From Trueperaceae bacterium (GTDB taxonomy: Bacteria > Deinococcota > Deinococci > Deinococcales > Trueperaceae): DNA of 64,000 bases. The position numbers and the translations under genes were made by a program. The stretch lies in assembly GCA_965215565.1 (NCBI GenBank), contig CBDCDZ010000004.1, positions 480,001-544,000 of the forward strand, given 5' to 3'. The notes under the pieces are model-generated. The model saw only the letters and a list, made by a program, of their open reading frames with translations, was not told the DNA's origin and ran no database searches. Positions 28,290 through 37,613 of this stretch are shown piece after piece; position 1 is the first letter of the stretch, and the number at the start of each line of letters is the position of its first letter.

Positions 28290-29321
28290 TCAGTCAGCAG
28301 GAATATAAACGCGCTGTAGCGGTACTAAGCTGCGCGCCTCCTCGTCCATCTGTTCGTAGTAGTCGACAAGCAACCTGCGAATATCGACGAGCCCAAGTAG
28401 ACGCAAGGGAATTTTTGAGCGGTCCGCCTCGTAACGAGCATCCTTCGTGAAGCCACCCGTGCTGACGTAAAGGCATCTATCACCTTCACTACGTCCACCC
28501 AAGAAAGAGCGAAGCTCTTGTGACCCCATATTCTGATTAGGGCGGTGTTTAACCTCAACGAAGATGCGCGGCTCTTCGAGCCCTAAACCGTCGGGTGAGG
28601 CGAAAATATCGACGCCTCGGTCCGCGCCTTTCGGTGAAACGGTTGTCCGGTAGCCCATCGCTCTTAGAATACCTGCGACTAAAACCTGCATCTCCTCCCA
28701 ACCCAAACGAGAAATCTGTCCCTCGATCAAATCTTCAGCCTTCTCGCGAAACTCTGCAAGCGTCTGCCCTTCTACTGCAGTTTCCTCTACCGGTTCTAAC
28801 TTTGAAGGTGCTGACGGCATATCCCGCTGTTTCTCGAGCGTTTCGCCCAAGGGAACAGCTTGCGATTTCAACTCCTTTATGACTTCATCCGCAACCTGAA
28901 AAAGTGTCTGAATTGCGCCGAGCGAATTTTTAGCGGGTGGGCTCAACTGATCGCGGGCGGCGTGATGCGTCCAGTGTACGTTGCGTGTATGCGGCATCTC
29001 CGGTATTTCTCCAAGCGACCATCTATAATCCGAGCGTATCTCCCCAAGGTAGTAAACCCGTTGGTCACGGTCGTAGGTTGTGACGCTGTCTCCTACGCTA
29101 AACTCATTGATGAAGCGGACAATCTGACTCGCCGCATTTTGCGCTTTTCCGTTCGAGTTTCCGGGGTACGTTTCTAAGTATCTTCGCAGCACCTCTTCTT
29201 TGGAGATACCTATAGAAAGCTGACCTAGTTCCCCCCAGCCTATCGCGACGATACTCGAGGTTAGGAAATCGTCCACGTAAATACTTTCTCGACCTGCGCG
29301 AACCATCCATGTGCCATTCAC
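28290..29321 (-). CDS. Mrr-like restriction endonuclease
   Basis: W.VRAG N-terminal domain; C-terminal G.D.GVDI...EVKHR...VSTGGFT Mrr_cat-type motifs; visibly lower GC. Confidence 0.85.
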   Translation of the reverse strand: MNGTWMVRAGRESIYVDDFLTSSIVAIGWGELGQLSIGISKEEVLRRYLETYPGNSNGKAQNAASQIVRFINEFSVGDSVTTYDRDQRVYYLGEIRSDYRWSLGEIPEMPHTRNVHWTHHAARDQLSPPAKNSLGAIQTLFQVADEVIKELKSQAVPLGETLEKQRDMPSAPSKLEPVEETAVEGQTLAEFREKAEDLIEGQISRLGWEEMQVLVAGILRAMGYRTTVSPKGADRGVDIFASPDGLGLEEPRIFVEVKHRPNQNMGSQELRSFLGGRSEGDRCLYVSTGGFTKDARYEADRSKIPLRLLGLVDIRRLLVDYYEQMDEEARSLVPLQRVYIPAD

Positions 29322-29351
29322 TAGAACGTCTCTCCAAAGTAGCGTAGAGGT

Positions 29352-29726
29352 CTACGAAGCAGCTTTATCATGTCTATACTCCTCCAACACCTCTAAGCCC
29401 ACCACCCCAAGCGCCTTCTCATGCGTCGCCCCCAAGATCACGCCCGGCGCAACGCCCGCGTCCAACGCTTCTTTCCACCTGTCCACGCATAAACACCAGC
29501 GGTCGCCAGGTTTGAGCCCTTCGAAGCCGAACTCCGGGCGCGGCGTCATGAGGTCGTTGCCGCGCGACTTGCTGTACTCCAAAAATTCTTGGCTTACCTC
29601 AGCGCAGACCACGTGGACGCCCGCGTCTTCGGGTCCGGTCTCGCAGCCGCCGGTGCGGTAAAAGCCGGTGACGGGATCGTGGCTACAGGGTTTTAAGGGT
29701 TCGCCGTAGACATTTTTCTGTTCCAT
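29352..29726 (-). CDS. DUF2237 family protein
   Basis: NV.GEPL.PCS.DP.TGFYR.G.C, GNDL.TP.PEF.F.GLKPGDRWCLC. Confidence 0.9.
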   Translation of the reverse strand: MEQKNVYGEPLKPCSHDPVTGFYRTGGCETGPEDAGVHVVCAEVSQEFLEYSKSRGNDLMTPRPEFGFEGLKPGDRWCLCVDRWKEALDAGVAPGVILGATHEKALGVVGLEVLEEYRHDKAAS

Positions 29727-29728
29727 GT

Positions 29729-30286
29729 CTAAAGGGTAGCAAACAGCTCGGCTAGAGAAAGTGTCCAGCCAGGGATAACGTCGCCGCACTCTAGGGTGTC
29801 TTCTCTCGTCAAAATCTGCACGTCGCTAGGGCTGCGGTAGACCTTGAGCGTCTCGGTGCGCGGGTCAACGACGATAACCATGCGTGTACCGTGCTGAAGC
29901 CACGACTTCACCTTTTCCTCTACTTCGCTGTAGCGGTCGCTCGGCGAGATAACCTCTACGGCAAGGTCAGGCACACCAGGAAAGTATCCTTCCCTTCTAT
30001 GGATGAGATTTAGGCGTTCTGTGGACACAAAAGCAACATCGGGAGCTAATACGGTATCGGGTTCCCTAGAGACAGTAAACCCTGTTTCGGCAAGGTACAC
30101 CTTACCGAGCCGATTTGCCTTTACATGATTTCCTAAAGAAAGGAAAAGTTCAGAACCTAAAGAGCCATGTTCGTGTCCAGCGGGTGGCATCGTTCGCAGT
30201 TCTCCCTCAATAAGTTCGTGGCGCATATGGTCTTCGGGCAGCTCGAGCAAGTCCTCTGCTGTCATGAGATGCGTTTCTGTCGTCAC
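29729..30286 (-). CDS. Uma2 family endonuclease
   Basis: ELIEGEL..M.P, PDVAFV, PDLAVEVISPSD. Confidence 0.9.
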   Translation of the reverse strand: MTTETHLMTAEDLLELPEDHMRHELIEGELRTMPPAGHEHGSLGSELFLSLGNHVKANRLGKVYLAETGFTVSREPDTVLAPDVAFVSTERLNLIHRREGYFPGVPDLAVEVISPSDRYSEVEEKVKSWLQHGTRMVIVVDPRTETLKVYRSPSDVQILTREDTLECGDVIPGWTLSLAELFATL

Positions 30287-30314
30287 CTGGTCCTCCTTAG
30301 AGTTATTTTAGCAG

Positions 30315-31241
30315 TTAGAGCAACTCCCCTAGAATCGCCCCGACTTCTATAGACCTTTCCCAGCCCTCGCCGTGATCCGCAAAATTCCAACACATCTCTA
30401 AAGCTGCGTGAATCAGACCCCACGCCGCAACCTCTTGTGGGCTCATGGTCAGCATCTCGCTGAAGATGGCGACGCGCCGCCTCGACACCGCTCTTAATTT
30501 GGAACGCTCAATCGTCTGGATAAGAGGTTTAGGGTTCACCAAGAATGACCCGGCGTCGTAGCCACGCGGTCCTAAAATTCCCTTGGGGTCGATCGCCAGA
30601 TAAGGTTGCCGCGTCGCGCTCACGATGTTGCCGTGGTGCAAGTCGGCGTGGAGGAGAACGGGTTCACCCGAATCAGCGAGCAAACTGGTTAAGAGGTCGT
30701 GCGCTTTTTCAAGCAACAGATGCGGAAGAGGTCCGCCGCCCTTAGGATAGGTTTTTAGGTACTTAGGCAGAGCACAAGACCAGCTTTGCAACGTGCGGAA
30801 GGGGTGCGGTTCGCTCACGGGACGCCAGAGTTGCTTCATCAGGGCGGCGGCGGTGCGGGTGGCGAGGTCGTCCTCTTGCGCGTTTTCTACATCGGTGCGC
30901 CAGAGGGAGACGCCGGGGACCAACCGCTCCAAAAGCATCACACTTACCGCGTCATCCGCGTGGATGACGCGGCAGATGCCGTCGCCGTCATAGAGCTTCA
31001 AAGCGGCAATTTCTTGACGGAATTCGGAATGGGGTGGGCTCAGCTTGAGGACGTAAGGAACACCGTTCGAACCCTCCGCAAAGGCAACCACGTTGTAAGA
31101 GAGGTCAGGGACGAGCCCGGTGACGCGAACGTGCCAGCGCGCTTCACACTGCTGGATGTGGGCATCTAAATTGGCAAGCCAAGCATCGGCGTGAGCGTGA
31201 ATATTGCGGAGGTTGCGAACGAGCACGTTAGGAAGTTTCAC
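30315..31241 (-). CDS. APH(6)-like aminoglycoside/hydroxyurea kinase family protein
   Basis: VLKL, MLLERL.PG, LLHADLHHGN, AIDPKG..G. Confidence 0.85.
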   Translation of the reverse strand: MKLPNVLVRNLRNIHAHADAWLANLDAHIQQCEARWHVRVTGLVPDLSYNVVAFAEGSNGVPYVLKLSPPHSEFRQEIAALKLYDGDGICRVIHADDAVSVMLLERLVPGVSLWRTDVENAQEDDLATRTAAALMKQLWRPVSEPHPFRTLQSWSCALPKYLKTYPKGGGPLPHLLLEKAHDLLTSLLADSGEPVLLHADLHHGNIVSATRQPYLAIDPKGILGPRGYDAGSFLVNPKPLIQTIERSKLRAVSRRRVAIFSEMLTMSPQEVAAWGLIHAALEMCWNFADHGEGWERSIEVGAILGELL

Positions 31242-32224
31242 GGTGAAGGGGTCAGCCAGTCCAGGTGACGCGCCTCTACCTTGAACGCTTCGCGGCGGAG
31301 CTTGTCCAAGCTGAAAGCCTCGAGTAGCGTAGCAGGCGTGACCTCTTCGGGTTCGCTCACGAGTCCTAAGGTGTAGGCGAGGAGTCCGGTGACTCGTTGC
31401 GGCGGCGCTCCCGCTTCACGAAGTGCCTTTAGCGTCAGCGAGCCCTTGCGCTTCGCCATACGCTCGCCCGCTTCGTCCAGCAGAAGAGGCACGTGCAGAT
31501 ACCGGGGCGGCGTCTCCCCTAGCACTCTATAAAGAAGAAGTTGCGCCCCCGTGCTCGTCAAGAGGTCGTCGCCGCGCACGACTTCGTTAATCCGCATTGC
31601 GATATCGTCCACCACGACGGCAAGTTGATACGCCCAGAGCCCATCAGCGCGGCGCACGACGAAGTCGCCGACTTGCCGCGCCGCGTCAATCTTTTGTTCG
31701 CCCGCTAAGAGGTCACGAAAATACAGCCTTTCGCTCCCTACTTTGAAGCGGAGGCTCGGGATTTTACCGCCCCTGGCTTTCTCCACCCAACAGCGCGCGT
31801 TCTCGGTGCGCTCTCCCTCGCCGTAGACGAAGCCCTGTCCGTGCGGCGCGGACGCCAACTCGCGGAGGTCTTTGCGCGAGAGGTAGCATTCGAAGATTAC
31901 ATCCTGCTCTCGCAACCGCTTCAGCGCTTCTTCGTACAGCGCCCCTCTTTCACTCTGCACGTAGGGCGCGTGAGGTCCGCCGACGTCAGGACCTTCGTCC
32001 CAATCCAGCCCCAACCAGCGCAACTCCTCCAAGTTTCCCATGACGGCTTCGGCTACCGTACGCGGTCCGTCCAAATCCTCGACGCGCATGACGAACGCGC
32101 CGCCTTGTGAACGGACACGTAACCAGGCGACTAACGCGGTGCGGGCGTTGCCTAGGTGCAACCATCCCGTCGGCGAAGGGGCGTAGCGCCCTCGTACGGA
32201 GCGACTTGTAGAGGCTGACATCAA
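31238..32224 (-). CDS. gluQ: Glutamyl-Q tRNA(Asp) synthetase
   Basis: RYAPSPTG.LHLGN, R.EDLD.PR, YQLAVVVDD, VVRG.DLL, RMAKR; no anticodon-binding domain. Confidence 0.88.
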   Translation of the reverse strand: MMSASTSRSVRGRYAPSPTGWLHLGNARTALVAWLRVRSQGGAFVMRVEDLDGPRTVAEAVMGNLEELRWLGLDWDEGPDVGGPHAPYVQSERGALYEEALKRLREQDVIFECYLSRKDLRELASAPHGQGFVYGEGERTENARCWVEKARGGKIPSLRFKVGSERLYFRDLLAGEQKIDAARQVGDFVVRRADGLWAYQLAVVVDDIAMRINEVVRGDDLLTSTGAQLLLYRVLGETPPRYLHVPLLLDEAGERMAKRKGSLTLKALREAGAPPQRVTGLLAYTLGLVSEPEEVTPATLLEAFSLDKLRREAFKVEARHLDWLTPSP

Positions 32225-32529
32225 TGTGAGTTTACCTTGTTGAAAGATGGCGGTGAGGTAGGGGCTGCGCGGGGAGAGCGATTGGACGAGGCGACGGAGA
32301 AGTCAGTAATCAGTGACCGCCTTCCTACTGACTCCTGGATGCTAGCTACTGTCTACTTGCTAAGCATTTGTAACGCGATGTACTTTCATACTCGAGTGAG
32401 AACGCCCACAATGGAAGGTAAGTAAATAGGGGGAGGGGTCTGCCACGACCTGAAAGTCTCATTTCCTTACTATCTTCGAGTGCCAACGTTGAGTACCAAA
32501 GAGCCTTGCGGCTCGGAATGGAGACGCGC

Positions 32530-32994
32530 ATGTCCGATCAAAACCAGAACAAAGACACCTCGCAGCAAGCCAAAGAGCAGGCGCAAGAGGCGAAGGGCAA
32601 AGTAGAGGGTAAAGCGCAAGAGGCGCGGCGCGAAGCCGAACAGAGCGCCGAGCAAGAGGCGAAAAAGCGCAAGAGCCAAGTCGTCAGTCAAGTCAGCAAC
32701 GTCGCGCAAGCTCTCCACAAGGCGAGCGAGCAGCTCCGCGAGGACAATCAGGACGACTTGGCGGGCTACACCGAGCAGGTGGCGAACCGCGTCGAGCAGG
32801 TGTCGGATTACTTAGAGGAACAAGGCGTCAGGGGCGTCGCGCAGGATGTCGAGAAGTTCGCGCGGCGGCAGCCGAGCCTCTTTATCGGCGGCGCGGTGGC
32901 GTTAGGGCTCGTCGGCGCGCGCTTTTTGAAAAGCTCGAAGCCGAGTGGTGGGGGTAGCTCCTACGATTCTGGTAGCAACCGGGGGCGCTACTAG
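32530..32994 (+). CDS. Hydrophilic stress-type protein with C-terminal TM anchor
   Basis: Q/E/K-rich helical repeats; FARRQP.LF.GGA.ALG...RFLKSS. Confidence 0.75.
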   Translation: MSDQNQNKDTSQQAKEQAQEAKGKVEGKAQEARREAEQSAEQEAKKRKSQVVSQVSNVAQALHKASEQLREDNQDDLAGYTEQVANRVEQVSDYLEEQGVRGVAQDVEKFARRQPSLFIGGAVALGLVGARFLKSSKPSGGGSSYDSGSNRGRY

Positions 32995-33411
32995 ATGGCG
33001 GACAAAACGGATAGAGCGGATAAGCCCGACCCCAATGAGCGTCCCTTAGGCGAACTCTTCGCAGATTTGGCGGACGACTTAGGGCTCCTCATCCGCCAAG
33101 AGGTGGCGCTCGCTAAGTCCGAAATCGGTCACGAGATTTCTAAAGCGGTGGGCGGCGCAAGCTCGGTGGTCTACGGCGGCTTCATCGCCATCGCGGGCGT
33201 GTTCGTCCTCTACGCCGCGCTCATCTTGCTGCTCGCGCTCGTGGTGCCCACCTGGGCGTCCGCGCTCATTATCGGCGGTATCTTTTTTCTCATCGGCTTG
33301 ATTCTAGCGATTCGCGGCTGGGCGGACATTAAAAACATGGACCTGACGCCGAAGCGAACGGTCAGGACCTTAGGCGAAGACGCCAAAGAAGTAACAGAAA
33401 GATTGCGGTGA
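32995..33411 (+). CDS. Holin-like membrane protein (DUF1469/YhjD type)
   Basis: LGELF.DL......L.RQEV.LAK.E, two TM segments, P.RT..TL.ED. Confidence 0.85.
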   Translation: MADKTDRADKPDPNERPLGELFADLADDLGLLIRQEVALAKSEIGHEISKAVGGASSVVYGGFIAIAGVFVLYAALILLLALVVPTWASALIIGGIFFLIGLILAIRGWADIKNMDLTPKRTVRTLGEDAKEVTERLR

Positions 33412-33418
33412 GGCTAAG

Positions 33419-34393
33419 ATGAGCGACCAAAACAACAAGGATTCGAATAGTAGGGACGCAGACGACATCGAGTCGAACATCGAACAGACGCGCACGCAGT
33501 TAGGCGACGACGTCGAAGCGATCACCTATCAGCTCAGCCCGGAGCGCTACAAAGAGCAGCTCAAGCAGCGCACCGAAGGGGTGCAGAGCGCGGTGTCGCA
33601 AGGGCTCACAGACGCGGTGGACAACGCGGGGGCGTACTCGAGGCGCGCCAGCCGAGGCTTCTTAGAGCGCCTAGAAGACGACCCACTGCCCGCTGTTTTA
33701 GTGGCGCTAGGCGTGAGCGTGCTCGCGATTGGTGGAGCGTTGAGTGGCTCGAGCACAAATGACGAGCTTGATTTAGACTACCCGCGCGACCGCTTTCCGC
33801 AGGACCGTCCGGGCGGGGGCAACCTTCGCAACAGCCTAAGCGGTCCCGAGTATGGGCGCACCATCGGCGACGCCCCGAACGCAGGCGCACTCTCCGGCGA
33901 CCAGAACCTACCGACTAGTGGCGTAGATGAGTACGACTACACGGGTGACGGTCCTAGCTATGACCCCGACCACGACGAAGCGAGTCGCGAAGCTGAGCGC
34001 AGAGCCAGACGCGAGGCGTACAGGGCGAAGCGCGGTTTAGCGCGGCTCGTCGGCGACCACCCGCTCATCGCCGGGTCAATCATCACCTTAGCGGGCATGG
34101 CGCTCGGTCTTTCCGCCCCGAGTACCAAGCAAGAGGACAGACTCATGGGGCGCGAGAGTGACAAGTTCAAAGCGCAAGCCGAGCGCAGCGCCCGTCAGAC
34201 CAGGAGGGTGGCAGCGAAAAGCTACAAGAGCGCGAAGGAAACGGCGAAAGAGGAAGCAGACAGGCAAGACTTAAACGAAGGACGAGAGTCTGCGCGAGGC
34301 GCAGGCTCTAAAGTTCAGGCTGTGGCTAAAGAAGCCACAAAGGACGCGAAGAACACCGCTGAAGAGAAGGGGAAGAAGGGCTCTAGACGCTGA
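33419..34393 (+). CDS. DUF3618 domain protein
   Basis: IE..IEQTR..LG.DVEAI...LSP; P.T..EDRLMG..SD. Confidence 0.8.
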   Translation: MSDQNNKDSNSRDADDIESNIEQTRTQLGDDVEAITYQLSPERYKEQLKQRTEGVQSAVSQGLTDAVDNAGAYSRRASRGFLERLEDDPLPAVLVALGVSVLAIGGALSGSSTNDELDLDYPRDRFPQDRPGGGNLRNSLSGPEYGRTIGDAPNAGALSGDQNLPTSGVDEYDYTGDGPSYDPDHDEASREAERRARREAYRAKRGLARLVGDHPLIAGSIITLAGMALGLSAPSTKQEDRLMGRESDKFKAQAERSARQTRRVAAKSYKSAKETAKEEADRQDLNEGRESARGAGSKVQAVAKEATKDAKNTAEEKGKKGSRR

Positions 34394-34411
34394 CGCTCAC
34401 TTAGAGGTGAT

Positions 34412-34440
34412 AAGGCGGGCTATCCAAAGCCCGCCTTTTT
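34412..34440 (+). terminator. Intrinsic terminator
   Basis: AAGGCGGGCT-ATCCAA-AGCCCGCCTT followed by T tract. Confidence 0.85.
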
Positions 34441-34451
34441 CTTGCACCATT

Positions 34452-34879
34452 TAGCACTTCCAGAACTTACTGAGACGGATTGCCGCAGCTTAACGGAACC
34501 TCATCTCTGAAGGTGGGTGCTCATCAATGTTTTCTACAGCGAGAGTGTTGCTTCGCTTACGAAGTTTCCCTTTCGCATACAGGTGATCACTGAACAGGTA
34601 AAGGCTAAGAGCCTGGTGAGCTTTGCTCTAACCTGAGGTGAAGGCTAAGAGCCTAGTGAGCTTTGCTCTAACCTATGCGAACGGTTTTCAACCGTAAGGC
34701 TAAGAGCCTGAACGATAACCGGGAGCTTTGCCCAAGCTGACCAGTTGCGAACTGACTTTTTGCTAAACCGTAACCTGTGCGAAAACGGTGCCCCCTTTTG
34801 GGGATGAACGATAACCGGGAATGGCTTCGCCCAAGCTGACCAGTTCCGAACGAAGTGAGACTGACTTTGATACCTGCTA
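34452..34879 (-). mobile_element. TAGCAG..CTGCTA modular element, copy 3, internally expanded with tandem repeats
   Basis: Ends TAGCACTTCCA / TGATACCTGCTA; internal 39-bp near-duplicate (34596-34634, 34636-34674), 3x AAGGCTAAGAGCCT, 2x TGAACGATAACCGGGA..GCCCAAGCTGACCAGTT. Confidence 0.7.
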
Positions 34880-34920
34880 ATTACTGTAGGTCTACTCTCT
34901 CATTGATGAGCCAATAAGCG

Positions 34921-35406
34921 CTACACATCTTCCTTCTCTTTACTCGAGCGCGCATAGTTAAACGCGGCGAGTGACAAGATCACAAGTGCCGCCGCGCTAC
35001 CCAGAATCAAGATATCAAGGCCGCCCTCCCGTTCGACCATGCTGGTGAAAAAGTCGACCGCTGTGACCACGACGACCACGCTGATGAGCTTATCTTTAAG
35101 ATCGTTTAACGAGGTGATGTCGAGCCAAGGGGGTAGGTACTCCAAGCGCCCGATAAAGAGCCCGTAAAGACCGATGCCGATAATGAGCAGCGCCGCCGCA
35201 ATCAGCGCAGCGTCCGCCTGTTTAACAGCGGCAACGATGAGCGTCTCAGTCGTGTCCTTGCTGCCTAAACTGAGCCAGAGGTCTCGGTTCATATAGAGCG
35301 TTACGACACGTGCACCAACCGCTAGTGAGAGCAGTAAGGCAATGAGGAGGCTCGAGACGGAGCCAATGATCACAATAAAACGGCTTAGACCGACGATGCG
35401 CCTCAC
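34921..35406 (-). CDS. YqhA/UPF0114 membrane protein
   Basis: D..LIA..LLI.G.GLY.LFI, P.WL.I.SL.DLK.KL. Confidence 0.85.
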   Translation of the reverse strand: MRRIVGLSRFIVIIGSVSSLLIALLLSLAVGARVVTLYMNRDLWLSLGSKDTTETLIVAAVKQADAALIAAALLIIGIGLYGLFIGRLEYLPPWLDITSLNDLKDKLISVVVVVTAVDFFTSMVEREGGLDILILGSAAALVILSLAAFNYARSSKEKEDV

Positions 35407-35535
35407 AGTCGGTGAAATTCCCGGAGCGGATGGTGCGTAGTTTGCGCCGCAGCATAGAATTTTTGCGTCATGGAACCTAGTCTAACGCACGTGACGTCCC
35501 AGAAGAACCGCGACTCCTCTGCAAGCTGATTGAGT

Positions 35536-35646
35536 TAGCAGGTATCATCTGGTTTGAAACGCTCGCACTGTAAATAGTGCTGTCTAGCGCGCACGTTTTA
35601 GGATGATACCTGCACTTTTCTGTCTCAGTATACTATGGAACTGCTA
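35536..35646 (+). mobile_element. TAGCAG..CTGCTA modular element, copy 4 (minimal)
   Basis: TAGCAGGTATCATCTGG..TAGCGCGCAC..GATGATACCTGC..CTCAGTATACTATGGAACTGCTA. Confidence 0.75.
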
Positions 35647-35822
35647 AGCGTAAGAAAGTTTTTGAAAGATGTTTGAACTGCCCTACGGGTTTAGTTACAG
35701 CGTAAAGCTTTTGGTTCAAATCAAGTACTGTCTCCTTTCAGAAGGGAGCTGAAAAGCTCTACGGGCTGCCAAAAGGCTAAGTCTGAAAGCACACGAGGTA
35801 TTTCACCTTTCAGCCTCTTCAG

Positions 35823-35851
35823 TTGACACCTCCCCCACGCCCACGTATACT
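35823..35851 (+). promoter_or_regulatory. Sigma70-type promoter of the leu operon
   Basis: TTGACA-17 nt-TATACT. Confidence 0.85.
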
Positions 35852-35859
35852 CATGAGCA

Positions 35860-35919
35860 ATGTTCACCCTAGCCGCCAACCTACAGCTACAAATTCGCTT
35901 CGGGGTTGTCGCCGCGTAG
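35860..35919 (+). CDS. leu operon leader peptide [19 protein letters not shown]
   Basis: ATG at the predicted TSS; three Leu codons, all CTA; precedes the attenuator terminator. Confidence 0.7.
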   Translation: MFTLAANLQLQIRFGVVAA

Positions 35920-35944
35920 AACTTTTTTATTTCACGCTTCACAG

Positions 35945-35976
35945 ACACCCTCGGACCCAACCGAGGGTGTTTTTTT
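35945..35976 (+). terminator. Attenuator terminator upstream of leuC
   Basis: ACACCCTCGG-ACCCAA-CCGAGGGTGT followed by T6. Confidence 0.88.
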
Positions 35977-35989
35977 AGAGAGGACGAGC

Positions 35990-37426
35990 ATGTCAGACAG
36001 TACGTCTAAAAACTTATACGAAAAGGTGTGGGACGCCCATAAGGTGCGCACCTTGGGGAGCGGACAAACTCAACTCCTCATCGGCACCCACCTCATCCAC
36101 GAGGTCACGAGCCCGCAAGCCTTTGGGATGCTCCGCGATTTAGGTGTAGGGGTCAAGATGCCGCACCGCACCTTTGCGACGGTGGACCACATCGTCCCCA
36201 CGGACCAGCGCGAAGAACCGTTTGCTGACCCGCTGGCGGACGCAATGATTAAGGAACTCGCTAAGAACTGCGAGGAGTTCGGGATTACGTATTTTGACCT
36301 CTCGAGCGGCAGGCAAGGCATCGTCCACATGGTCGGCCCCGAGCAGGGCATCACCCAGCCCGGCACCACCATCGCCTGCGGCGACTCGCACACCGCCACC
36401 CACGGCGCGTTCGGGGCCATCGCCTTCGGCATCGGCACGAGTCAGGTAAGAGACGTTTTAGCCACCCAGACCATCGCCATGAACAAGCTCAAGGTGCGGC
36501 GCATTAACGTAGACGGAAGGCTCGGACCCGGCGTCTACGCTAAAGACGTCATCCTGCACATCATCCGCACGCTCGGCGTCAAGGGCGGGCTCGGCTTCGC
36601 CTACGAGTACGGCGGTGAGGTCTTTGACCGGATGAGCATGGAAGAGCGCATGACGGTCTGCAACATGTCCATCGAGGGGGGCGCACGCTGCGGCTACGTC
36701 AACCCGGACGAGACGACGTTCGAATATTTGCAAGGACGCCCGTACGCGCCGACAGGTCAGGAATGGGACGAGGCGGTAGAGCGCTGGCGCTGGGTTGCTT
36801 CGGACGAGGGCTGCCACTACGACGACGTGGTGAATATCCGCGCCGAGGACATCGCGCCTACTGTCACCTGGGGCATCAATCCGGGACAAGCGATTTTTAT
36901 CGACGAGAACGTGCCGACTGTGGAAGGTGCGAAAGAGAGCGAGAAAGCCGCGATTGAAGAGGCGCTAGAGCACATGAAGCTCACGCCCGGCGCACCGATT
37001 CAAGGTACACCCATTGACGTGGCGTTCTTTGGAAGCTGTACCAACGGGCGGCTCACGGACTTTGTGGAGGTGGCGAAGTACTTAGAAGGCTACAAGGTTA
37101 AGGAGGGCATCAAAGCCATCGCCGTACCGGGTTCGCAGATCGTCGGGAAACTCTGCGCGGAGATGGGGATTGACCAGGTCTTCCGCGACGCGGGCTTCGA
37201 GTGGCGCGAGGCGGGCTGTTCGATGTGCTTGGCGATGAACCCCGACAAGCTCGTGGGCGATCAGCTCTGCGCGAGTTCGAGTAACCGCAACTTCAAAGGG
37301 CGGCAAGGCTCGGTCACGGGGCGCACGGTCTTGATGAGCCCGGTGATGGTGGCGGCGGCGGCGATTACGGGGGTTGTGAATGATGCGAGGGAGGTTTTTG
37401 GCGTGAAGGAAGCGGTTAGCTCTTAG
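35990..37426 (+). CDS. leuC: 3-isopropylmalate dehydratase large subunit
   Basis: [44 protein letters not shown]. Confidence 0.97.
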   Translation: MSDSTSKNLYEKVWDAHKVRTLGSGQTQLLIGTHLIHEVTSPQAFGMLRDLGVGVKMPHRTFATVDHIVPTDQREEPFADPLADAMIKELAKNCEEFGITYFDLSSGRQGIVHMVGPEQGITQPGTTIACGDSHTATHGAFGAIAFGIGTSQVRDVLATQTIAMNKLKVRRINVDGRLGPGVYAKDVILHIIRTLGVKGGLGFAYEYGGEVFDRMSMEERMTVCNMSIEGGARCGYVNPDETTFEYLQGRPYAPTGQEWDEAVERWRWVASDEGCHYDDVVNIRAEDIAPTVTWGINPGQAIFIDENVPTVEGAKESEKAAIEEALEHMKLTPGAPIQGTPIDVAFFGSCTNGRLTDFVEVAKYLEGYKVKEGIKAIAVPGSQIVGKLCAEMGIDQVFRDAGFEWREAGCSMCLAMNPDKLVGDQLCASSSNRNFKGRQGSVTGRTVLMSPVMVAAAAITGVVNDAREVFGVKEAVSS

Positions 37427-37441
37427 CCAAAACTTAGCACC

Positions 37442-37588
37442 ATGTCATTCTGAACGGAGCGTTAGCGGAGTGAAGAATCTCTGCATTCGCCTACTCTGGT
37501 TGAGATTGCAGAACGAGACCCTTCGCATTCGCAAGGCTCCGCGTCGCGTGGATCGCTCCCGCTAGCGACTTCGTGAACAGGGTGACAT
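37442..37588. repeat. Palindromic REP-like element (GTCATTCTGA..GAAGAATCT / GAGACCCTTCG..CAGGGTGAC type)
   Basis: ATGTCATTCTG / CAGGGTGACAT terminal pairing with internal GAAGAATCTC / GAGACCCTTC. Confidence 0.7.
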
Positions 37589-37613
37589 CTAAGAGGTCAC
37601 TAGAAAGAAATCT

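Noticed and set aside
8666..33411. Prophage suggested by three holin-like genes (8666, 23702, 32995)
   Set aside because: All belong to common chromosomal membrane families; no phage structural, integrase or lysin genes
34596..34845. Possible CRISPR array
   Set aside because: Units are adjacent or irregularly spaced, lack unique constant-length spacers, and no cas genes are in the window
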